In this document: positions 27,033 to 34,793 of the stretch, in pieces
Position numbering within the stretch: position 1 is the stretch's first letter
How the letters are laid out: the number at the start of each line of letters is the position of its first letter
DNA from: Minisyncoccia bacterium
Lineage (GTDB): Bacteria; Patescibacteriota; Minisyncoccia; Phycocordibacterales; Zambryskibacteraceae
Reading direction: 5' to 3'
DNA length: 45,036 nt
NCBI GenBank assembly: GCA_038212375.1
Contig: JBBQUO010000003.1
Span: forward strand, 1-45,036
The notes under the pieces: generated by a model
What the model saw: the letters and a program-made list of their open reading frames with translations, nothing else
The model's database searches: none
What the model was told of the DNA's origin: nothing
Program-made: the position numbers and the translations under genes

Positions 27033-27503
27033 TTACTTATCAGCATGATCAAGTTTTACAATTCTTCGCTTGTGACGTTCACTATTTGAAAATGGAGTAT
27101 CGAGCCACTGACGTACTGCTTCTACTGCTTGATCGTCCGAAATAAAGCGAGCACCGAGTGAAAGAATATTGGAATCGTTGTCTCCACGAGCATGCTCAAG
27201 AATAGAGACGTTGTGACTGACTGAAAAGGCATTGCCGTAGTAAACTGCGGCACGAACGTGAGGGAAACGATTTGCAGCAATAGCCTCACCTTGTCCGGAA
27301 CCTCCAAGAATGATGCCTTTTACGGTGTTTGGATTTTGAGATACCGCTTTTGCTACTGGAATAATAAAATCTGGATAATCGTCATTTTCATCATATTCAT
27401 GAGCACCACAATCCACCACTTCATAGGAAGCGTTTTTGAGGAATTCAACAATTCTTTCCTTTTGGGCGAGCCCTGCGTGGTCTGTACCTATATAGATTTT
27501 CAT
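27033..27503 (-). CDS. rpiB: ribose-5-phosphate isomerase B
   Basis: IGTDHAG, DYPD, GGSGQGEAIAAN, NILSLGAR, RHKRRI. Confidence 0.93.
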   Translation of the reverse strand: MKIYIGTDHAGLAQKERIVEFLKNASYEVVDCGAHEYDENDDYPDFIIPVAKAVSQNPNTVKGIILGGSGQGEAIAANRFPHVRAAVYYGNAFSVSHNVSILEHARGDNDSNILSLGARFISDDQAVEAVRQWLDTPFSNSERHKRRIVKLDHADK

Positions 27504-27542
27504 ATATTATGGGTAAATTATACCACATCATTAATTACCTAA

Positions 27543-28082
27543 TTACCTCACAATATAGAAGTTGCAACCCAAAATATTAAATTCAAAAAAAATAGAAAAA
27601 ATAACAGTAGCTAAAGCTTTCTTTACAATAGAGTAGTTTCTATTCCCTATATATATGATACTCAGTACAGTAATTGGGTACAAAATCACCGTTGAAAAAT
27701 TAGAGAAAGAATTATTTTTATGTAAAACATACTCGAACGCAGGATTAAACAAAACAGTAACCCCAATAGAAACAACCAATAAACCTATGACAGTGAGAGT
27801 TGTACCAATTATATTATTTTTTTGAGTCTCGGTAGTTGTGTTTTGATTTCGTCCAAAGGACGGCTTTACAGCTTTGATTATTAATAAAATCCCAACTGTA
27901 AATAACACAGATGCAACTCCAGCATACATTAAAGATTTTGTTGCATCTAAAGCAAAAAGACCTAAAAATACAATGAACGGAGCTAACAATATCAAAATAA
28001 TACCCAAAAAAGCTATTGCAATACGTACAAATGACCAAACAACTTTAGACACTGTTATATTTTGGTCTATATTTTCTTCCAT
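27543..28082 (-). CDS. AT-rich hypothetical membrane protein
   Basis: 4-5 hydrophobic segments. Confidence 0.55.
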   Translation of the reverse strand: MEENIDQNITVSKVVWSFVRIAIAFLGIILILLAPFIVFLGLFALDATKSLMYAGVASVLFTVGILLIIKAVKPSFGRNQNTTTETQKNNIIGTTLTVIGLLVVSIGVTVLFNPAFEYVLHKNNSFSNFSTVILYPITVLSIIYIGNRNYSIVKKALATVIFSIFFEFNILGCNFYIVR

Positions 28083-28083
28083 A

Positions 28084-28386
28084 TCATTTTTCTCCCTTTA
28101 GGATAATTCTCTTAATAAATCCACCTCGCTCCTCTTTCTTTTTTATTCTTATTTCCTCTACATCTTGATATTCAGGGAGAGTTTTCAAAGCCTCAATAAC
28201 CTCTAATATGTCTGCCAACTCTTCGGGACTACCTACTTCAGAAAATTCACGAATCTCTTCTCCAAGCTTTTTGATAAGCTCTACTTTGTATTCTTCTGGA
28301 GATGCAATTCTTTGTTCATACGAAACCCCTTTTTCATCAAGAATTTCTGGAATTTTATCTCTAATGAGTTTATTGTAACTTTCCAT
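28084..28386 (-). CDS. MazG-like nucleoside triphosphate pyrophosphohydrolase
   Basis: YNKLIRDKIPEI, KLGEEIREF, EELADILEV, KKEERGGF. Confidence 0.85.
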   Translation of the reverse strand: MESYNKLIRDKIPEILDEKGVSYEQRIASPEEYKVELIKKLGEEIREFSEVGSPEELADILEVIEALKTLPEYQDVEEIRIKKKEERGGFIKRIILKGEK

Positions 28387-28419
28387 AATACTTTTCTATT
28401 AAATGACTACTTGAACTAT

Positions 28420-29448
28420 TTACTTCTTCCCTGTCTTTACCACATGATCTACAAGAGTGTAGGTGTACCCCATTTCGTTGTCGTACCATGCAAGAACTTT
28501 TACTAAGTTGCCGCCAATAACTCGAGTGAGCGAAAGGTCTGCAATAGAACCAAAACGTGAACCGAGAATATCTGTTGAGACAAGTTCTTCTTCTGTAACT
28601 GAGAATACTCCTGCCCAACGAGGATCAGCTGCTGCTTTTTTTAGTGCCATGTTCACTTCTTCAACTGTGGTATTTCTCTTTGAAATAAACGTTACATCCA
28701 CAATAGATCCAGCAATAACCGGTACGCGCATCGAAATACCATCAAACAGTCCTGTGAGTTGTGTGAAAGCTTTTGTCACCGCGATAGCAGCACCTGTTGA
28801 AGATGGGACAATGTTTGCCGCTGCAGCTCGTCCTTCTCGATATCCTTTTTTAGACGGACCGTCCACAAGCGCTTGAGTACCTGTATATCCATGAGTCGTG
28901 TTGAGTGCCGCTTTTTCAATACCTACCGCCTCATCGAGAATCGCAATGAGTGGAGAACTTGCGTTCGTAGTGCACGATGCATTTGAAGTAATCTGACATG
29001 TCGCGAGCTTTTCTTCGTTTACCCCCATGAGCACTGTCGCTCCCTCTATTCCAGGAATTGGTTCGTCTTTCATTGGCGCAGTCACTACTACTTTTTTTGC
29101 ACCCGCATCAAGGTGAGTACGGGCTGTCGCATATGACGTAAAGAATCCTGTAGATTCTACTACCACATCAATATCCATTGCTCCCCACGGCAAATTCGCG
29201 GGTTCCTTTTCAGAGACAAACTTTACCTCTTTTCCGTCGATAATAAGCGCGGACTTATCTTCCTTTACTTTGATATCAAAGCCTGACTTTCCGTATACAG
29301 AATCGTACTGGAGAAGATATGCAATATTTTCAATATCTCCAAGATCGTTGATAGCGACCACTTCGAGCTCTGGTCTCTCTTTTGCGATTTTATAAAACGC
29401 TCTTCCGATTCTTCCTCCACCATTGATTGCAACTCTGATTTTACTCAT
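28420..29448 (-). CDS. gap: glyceraldehyde-3-phosphate dehydrogenase type I
   Basis: AINGGGRIGR, SNASCTTN, RVPV, WYDNE. Confidence 0.96.
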   Translation of the reverse strand: MSKIRVAINGGGRIGRAFYKIAKERPELEVVAINDLGDIENIAYLLQYDSVYGKSGFDIKVKEDKSALIIDGKEVKFVSEKEPANLPWGAMDIDVVVESTGFFTSYATARTHLDAGAKKVVVTAPMKDEPIPGIEGATVLMGVNEEKLATCQITSNASCTTNASSPLIAILDEAVGIEKAALNTTHGYTGTQALVDGPSKKGYREGRAAAANIVPSSTGAAIAVTKAFTQLTGLFDGISMRVPVIAGSIVDVTFISKRNTTVEEVNMALKKAAADPRWAGVFSVTEEELVSTDILGSRFGSIADLSLTRVIGGNLVKVLAWYDNEMGYTYTLVDHVVKTGKK

Positions 29449-29483
29449 GAGAAATAAAATAATTTGTAAGTCATTCTATTATA

Positions 29484-29515
29484 ACAAAAAGACGGGCATG
29501 TGCTCGTCTTTTTGT
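29484..29515 (-). terminator. intrinsic terminator after nrdB
   Basis: ACAAAAAGACGGGCA-tg-TGCTCGTCTTTTTGT (G-U pair on the plus reading). Confidence 0.6.
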
Positions 29516-29548
29516 ATATTTTGTACTACCTCCTATTCCACGAGATAC

Positions 29549-30592
29549 TTACCCTTCTATCCCTACTGGCATTGCTGGGGTACTTTCTACTGCTAATTCT
29601 TTCTTGGTAACTGCTGCTGAGTGACCGTCAACTTCGTAACTCGTATTCTGAGATTCAAAGAAGTTTACAAGCTCATAAACATCAGTTGCGGTACTCATCC
29701 ACTTTGCAGGATTTGTAGCGTTGTAATGCTTTTCCATACCAAGCTCTTCGAGTCGACGATCAGCAACATATTGCACGTATTGATTTACGTAGTCAGCATT
29801 GAGACCTAGGATTCCGTTCGGGAACAAATCCTTATTGTATGCAGTTTCGAGATCTACACCATCAATAACAATTTGACGTATTTCGTTTGCAAACTCTTCA
29901 GTTAGAAGCTCTGGGTTTTCTTCGAGAATTGAGTGCACGAGATTCATACCGAACTTAAGATGGAGAGACTCGTCACGAATAACCCAGTTTACCATCGAGC
30001 CAAAATTGCGGAGTTGATTTCGCTGACGGAATGAAAGCGCCACCATAAACCCTGAGTAGAACCAAATACCTTCCATGACGATATTGGTTGCTACCAAGTT
30101 TCGGAGGAAATCTTTTTTACCATCAACCGTAGTAATATCGAGCGTTTTTTCAGTCATTCTATCCATATATTTGTTGATGTAGTCCTCTTTTGCCTTCATT
30201 GACGGAACACTCAGGTGGAGCGAGAAGATATTGTCACGGTCAAAAGGAAATGTCTGGAGTACATACTCGAATGCTACACAATGGTTCGCCTCTTCCCACA
30301 TTTGTTTTGCAAGATAGAGATGCGCTTCGGGAGCTTTGAGATATGGGTATACTCCAAGTGCAATAGAACGGTTCACAATGAGCTCTGCGGGATTGAAGAA
30401 TGCCATAAGAAACTTCACCGCATGACGCTCGTCTTCTGTCATTTTTGCCCAATCTTCGAGATCTTCTTTGAGTGCAATTTCGTGAGGAAACCATGTATTA
30501 CGAACAGCTTGATTATACAAATCATAGGCCCACTGATACTTAATTGGGTGAAGATTCATATCGTTTGCATTTACTTTTCCTATGAGTGGCAT
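29549..30592 (-). CDS. nrdB: ribonucleotide reductase small subunit, class Ic-like (R2c)
   Basis: PIKYQWAY, FFNPAE70, E101ANH104CVAF108, MEGIWFYSGF, RDESLH, NFFE...Y. Confidence 0.92.
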   Translation of the reverse strand: MPLIGKVNANDMNLHPIKYQWAYDLYNQAVRNTWFPHEIALKEDLEDWAKMTEDERHAVKFLMAFFNPAELIVNRSIALGVYPYLKAPEAHLYLAKQMWEEANHCVAFEYVLQTFPFDRDNIFSLHLSVPSMKAKEDYINKYMDRMTEKTLDITTVDGKKDFLRNLVATNIVMEGIWFYSGFMVALSFRQRNQLRNFGSMVNWVIRDESLHLKFGMNLVHSILEENPELLTEEFANEIRQIVIDGVDLETAYNKDLFPNGILGLNADYVNQYVQYVADRRLEELGMEKHYNATNPAKWMSTATDVYELVNFFESQNTSYEVDGHSAAVTKKELAVESTPAMPVGIEG

Positions 30593-30675
30593 ATGGTTAT
30601 GTGTTGTTATGTATAAATAGTATTCCTGTTAGGCTTTTACTTTTTCGAACACCTACTTTTTGTATACGAGATTAT

Positions 30676-33261
30676 TTATTGGCAGGAATCGCACTGAGAT
30701 CTTTCTGCTGGATCTATCGGGCACACCTGTATGTTCGACTGAGCACGTATTTTTACTGGTTCTAATAATTCTACACTCATTTCAGAAAGTACGGGGAGTT
30801 GAACACTCGAGAGTATCGGTTCTGGAAGGGGGACACTACTGAGACTACTTACTGCCACATCAGAGAGAATTGGCTGACTTGTTGCACTCGATACTGCACC
30901 AAAACCTTTCCGTCCCATTTTCTGAGCCTTATTTACTGCAACTGTTGACTGTTCGGCAGTATGTCTTGGTTTCATATGAAGATAGTACGTTGTCTTCACT
31001 CCCTTATCCCACGCAGTTTGATAAATTCTCATAGTCTCATCAATGTCGCGGGTTTCGAGATACATGTTTCGAGAGAGCGCTTGGTCTACCCACTTTTGAG
31101 CACGTGCTGCAACTTCGACATACGCATACGGAGAAGTTGTAAACGATGTTTTATAAATATCTTTAATGTGCTGAGGAATTTCTGCAATACCTGATATATC
31201 TCCTTGAAATTCGATGATGAGACCTTTCACCGCATCCCATAGACCCATGTTCTTAAGATCATTTACAAGGTTTGGATTTACGTCGAGATATTTTCCAGAA
31301 ATTTTATTACGAGAGAATACCTGTGCAAACCTTGGATCAATCCCGGGGGTTGTCCCTGCTACGAGTCCAATGTTTGCATTCGGTGCGACTGCCATAAGAG
31401 TAGAGTTACGCATTCCTTTCTTTACTTTCTCCCGGAGGATATCCCAATCAAGTCCTTTGTGGTGACTACTTTTATCGAGGTGAAGTTTTCGTCCACGATC
31501 TTCCTCGAGAACTGCAATGGTATCAAACGGTACCATACCTTGAGCCCAACGTGATCCTGGGAAATGTTTGTAGCTACCGCGCTCCTGAGCAAGACTAGCT
31601 GACGTATCAATCGCAACATAACTAATAAACTCAAACACTCTATCGGCAAAGTTGTATGCATGCTCACTATCATATGAGAGACCTAGTTTCTCGAGTACAT
31701 CTGAGAAACCCATCACACCGAGCCCCATTGCACGATTCTCTTGATCTGATCTCTGAGCCTCAATCAGTGGAAGTTCGTTAATATCGATAAGGTTATCGAG
31801 CTGACGAACCGCGAGACGTACAGATTCTTCGAGTTTCTGCCAATTCACCTGCTTGTCTGACACATGAGCTGCAAGGTTCAATGATGCTAAGTTACATACT
31901 GCAATATTGTCTCTATCTTGTGGAAGGCAAATTTCTGTGCAGAGATTCGACATATGAATCGTACCCGTATTGTTGTTGAGCGCTCTCAAATTGATCGGAT
32001 CCTTCCAGGTAATCCAAGGATGTGATGTTGTCTGGAGTGCGACAAGCATCTTACGGAAGAGCTCACTTGCAGGGATTTTTTTGAAGGTTCGCATTTCTCC
32101 CTTGTCTGCCTTGTCGATATATTCCATATACCGAGTACTGAAGGCTTTTCCATAGAGTTCATTGAGATCTGGCGTTTCCTTTGGATCAAACATATACCAG
32201 TCAGCATTTGTCTCTACTCGTTTCATAAATTCATCAGAAATAAATGATGCAGTATTTGCGGTACGCATACGAACATAGTCATCTCCTGCGTTGTGTCTCC
32301 AATCAAGAAAATCGGGGAAATCAAGATGCCAGTTTTCCATATAAAAGCACAAAGCTCCCTTTTTCTTTCCACCACGCTGAATAGCACGGATCGCAGTATC
32401 GATAATTTTTGCAAATGGAGTAGGACCAGTTGATGTACCATTCGATGCTATAAGTGGAGACCCAGATGAGCGGAGCTTCGTCACTGATGCTCCAATACCG
32501 CCAGATGCTTTTGAGAGGAGCATCACGTCTGCAACAGACTTTGCGATGTGGCCCATATCATCATGGATCTCAAGAAGAAAACAGTTCGAAAGTGCGGGAC
32601 GATTTGTACCTGCTCCGATATTACATGAACCACCTGCAATATATTCCATTCGAGACATTTTCTCGTAAAACTTCTTGGCCCATAGAGTTGGATCTTTTTC
32701 ATTATACGAAAGTCCCATCGCAATGCGCATAAAGAAGTACTGTGGCGTCTCTACAATTTTCTGAGCAATATTTTTTGATGCATATCGATCAATAAGACTC
32801 GATAGCCCTGCGTACACAAAGAGCTCATCACGGGCAATGTCGAGGGTGCTTGCAAGCTCTTTGAGATCAAATTTCTCCCCCATTTTTTTATCGAGCTTAC
32901 CTTCTGCAATTCCTTCATGTATTCGTACAATAAAGGCATCACGGTGCTTTTGTTCAAGATCCTTGTCGTCATCATATTCACCAACAATTTTCTTGTAAAC
33001 AGTCTTGAGGAGAAGGCGGGTAGCTATCTTGTCATACTCAGGATCCTCTTTGATATTTTGGACAGCTGCATTGATCGTAGCTTCATCCATTTCGGCAGTG
33101 GTAATGCCATCATACAAAGTGAGGCGAGTATCAGTCGCTACTTGGGTAACCTTAGAGATTGGATCAGTCAATCCTACTGACGCCCTTTCGATAGATTTGT
33201 TAATTCTATCTGCATTGAATGGCTCTTTGGTACCGTCTCGCTTTGTGATGTGAAGAGTCAT
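30676..33261 (-). CDS. nrdA: ribonucleotide reductase large subunit with ATP-cone
   Basis: ITKRDG ATP-cone, SNCF, SNLCTEI, VCNLAS, KTTYY, C-terminal CDSCQ. Confidence 0.96.
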   Translation of the reverse strand: MTLHITKRDGTKEPFNADRINKSIERASVGLTDPISKVTQVATDTRLTLYDGITTAEMDEATINAAVQNIKEDPEYDKIATRLLLKTVYKKIVGEYDDDKDLEQKHRDAFIVRIHEGIAEGKLDKKMGEKFDLKELASTLDIARDELFVYAGLSSLIDRYASKNIAQKIVETPQYFFMRIAMGLSYNEKDPTLWAKKFYEKMSRMEYIAGGSCNIGAGTNRPALSNCFLLEIHDDMGHIAKSVADVMLLSKASGGIGASVTKLRSSGSPLIASNGTSTGPTPFAKIIDTAIRAIQRGGKKKGALCFYMENWHLDFPDFLDWRHNAGDDYVRMRTANTASFISDEFMKRVETNADWYMFDPKETPDLNELYGKAFSTRYMEYIDKADKGEMRTFKKIPASELFRKMLVALQTTSHPWITWKDPINLRALNNNTGTIHMSNLCTEICLPQDRDNIAVCNLASLNLAAHVSDKQVNWQKLEESVRLAVRQLDNLIDINELPLIEAQRSDQENRAMGLGVMGFSDVLEKLGLSYDSEHAYNFADRVFEFISYVAIDTSASLAQERGSYKHFPGSRWAQGMVPFDTIAVLEEDRGRKLHLDKSSHHKGLDWDILREKVKKGMRNSTLMAVAPNANIGLVAGTTPGIDPRFAQVFSRNKISGKYLDVNPNLVNDLKNMGLWDAVKGLIIEFQGDISGIAEIPQHIKDIYKTSFTTSPYAYVEVAARAQKWVDQALSRNMYLETRDIDETMRIYQTAWDKGVKTTYYLHMKPRHTAEQSTVAVNKAQKMGRKGFGAVSSATSQPILSDVAVSSLSSVPLPEPILSSVQLPVLSEMSVELLEPVKIRAQSNIQVCPIDPAERSQCDSCQ

Positions 33262-33512
33262 ACGCTCAGTAAAAAATTAGAAGTAAAGATAACTTTTTCA
33301 TACTTTTTTCTCATTTTTCATCATTTTTTTCAAAAATACTGTGATTTTTTGCAAAAAAGTAATGAAAAAGTTCAAAAAGTATCAATTCGTTGTGTCTATT
33401 GTAAGAAAAAATGGAGGCTATCGGTATGGGGATAACCATTTCACGAGGTCTCACAAAACAAAAAAATCTTACTGTAAAGATAGGTCTCCAAATGTGGCTT
33501 CACCACGAAATC

Positions 33513-33998
33513 TTAGGGCTTTTTTTCTGGAAAAATGAGGGTGTCACCGAGACTTATTTGGTGAGCTTGAGCAAAGCCTGCCGGTACTTCAAGAATAGTG
33601 CGGATTAGAAGCTCTGGAGTTACAACTTCAGGGAAAGAACTCGGCTGAAAATTCGTTTTTATATATACCACCCTCCCTGCTTCATTGAACCAGAGGACAT
33701 CGATAGGAAAGTTCATATCCTTCATCCATATGCCCCAGTGATCTGAGTGGTCGAAAACAAAATACAATCCGTGATCGGGAGATAGGGTTACTTGCCCCGA
33801 AAGACCTCTCTCTTGAGAAGCTTTAGTACGTGCAACACCAAGAGTAATTGAAGTATTGTGAAGGAGAGCAGGTATCGTGAAGGCAATCTGTCCTGTATTT
33901 TTATGGGAACTAACAGATATAAGAGCATATCCTCCAAAACTACATAGACAGAGGAAGAATATAACAACGATAAATGTGATCATAGATCGAACTCGCAT
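33513..33998 (-). CDS. DUF192 domain protein
   Basis: N-terminal TM, ERGLSG, IWMKDMNFPIDVLW, LEVPAG. Confidence 0.88.
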   Translation of the reverse strand: MRVRSMITFIVVIFFLCLCSFGGYALISVSSHKNTGQIAFTIPALLHNTSITLGVARTKASQERGLSGQVTLSPDHGLYFVFDHSDHWGIWMKDMNFPIDVLWFNEAGRVVYIKTNFQPSSFPEVVTPELLIRTILEVPAGFAQAHQISLGDTLIFPEKKP

Positions 33999-34012
33999 AT
34001 TATAAGCATAGC

Positions 34013-34046
34013 AAAAATCGCATCAAGTTACCTTGATGCGATTTTT
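34013..34046 (-). terminator. intrinsic terminator after RRM gene
   Basis: AAAAATCGCATCAAG-ttac-CTTGATGCGATTTTT. Confidence 0.8.
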
Positions 34047-34070
34047 GAGTACACAGAACGAGTAACTTCG

Positions 34071-34361
34071 TTACCAGTTGTTGTTACTACCCCCTTCTCG
34101 AGGAGCACGAGGCTGCATTGGGCGAGCTTCGTTGACGGTAAGCTTTCGTCCTTGAAAGTCCTTTCCGTTCCACATATCGATTGCCTTCATTGCGTCTTCA
34201 TCATTTGTCATTTCGACAAATCCGAATCCTTTTGATCGGCCACTCATACGATCCATAATGATGGTCGCAGAAGTAACTTCACCACACTGAGCAAACGCAT
34301 CGCGGAGATCAGCGTCAGTACTTGAGTAAGGAACGCCTCCAACATATAACTTCTTTGCCAT
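34071..34361 (-). CDS. RRM RNA-binding protein
   Basis: KLYVGG (RNP2), SKGFGFVEM (RNP1), LTVNEARP. Confidence 0.94.
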   Translation of the reverse strand: MAKKLYVGGVPYSSTDADLRDAFAQCGEVTSATIIMDRMSGRSKGFGFVEMTNDEDAMKAIDMWNGKDFQGRKLTVNEARPMQPRAPREGGSNNNW

Positions 34362-34523
34362 TCTTTTGTATCTTCCTCGTCTCTAAAACTATTAAACGTA
34401 TCGGCGACGAGCACTCTCTTCCTTTTTCTTTTGAAACTCGATGTTTCTTTGGAAATCTTCTGAGAACCTATACTGAAAATCAGTATACATCGAACATAGA
34501 ATTTATCAATCCACCGAACGTTT

Positions 34524-34793
34524 TTAAGTGCGCTTTTCGTCTTGCCAATTCCACCACAATAACTGTTCTTTTTTTGGATGTTTTGTTTCTGCGAAATATA
34601 CAGCACAGCGAAATACATACAAGAGACAGCGATCTTGCGTTACCTAAGTAAACTTATTTGATGCATCATAGATGCTTTTTAGGGTCTTTCCATGCAAATC
34701 AGAGACCTTCGTAATGCCGATGTTCTTTAGATCTTGAGAAATACTTTTTCCAACCCCAGGAATACTTTGAAGAATCTCGCTCTTTATATTCAT
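34524..34793 (-). pseudogene. HhH/Cdd1 ('pathogenicity locus')-like gene interrupted by in-frame TAG
   Basis: Manual translation: MNIKSEILQSIPGVGKSISQDLKNIGITKVSDLHGKTLKSIYDASNKFT*VTQDRCLLYVFRCAVYFAETKHPKKEQLLWWNWQDEKRT. ATG overlaps the upstream TAA (TAATG). Confidence 0.75.

Noticed and set aside
33262-33512. Possible NrdR box or DnaA box upstream of nrdA (TTATCCCCA on minus at ~33428-33436)
   Set aside because: Single imperfect match; no convincing NrdR palindrome
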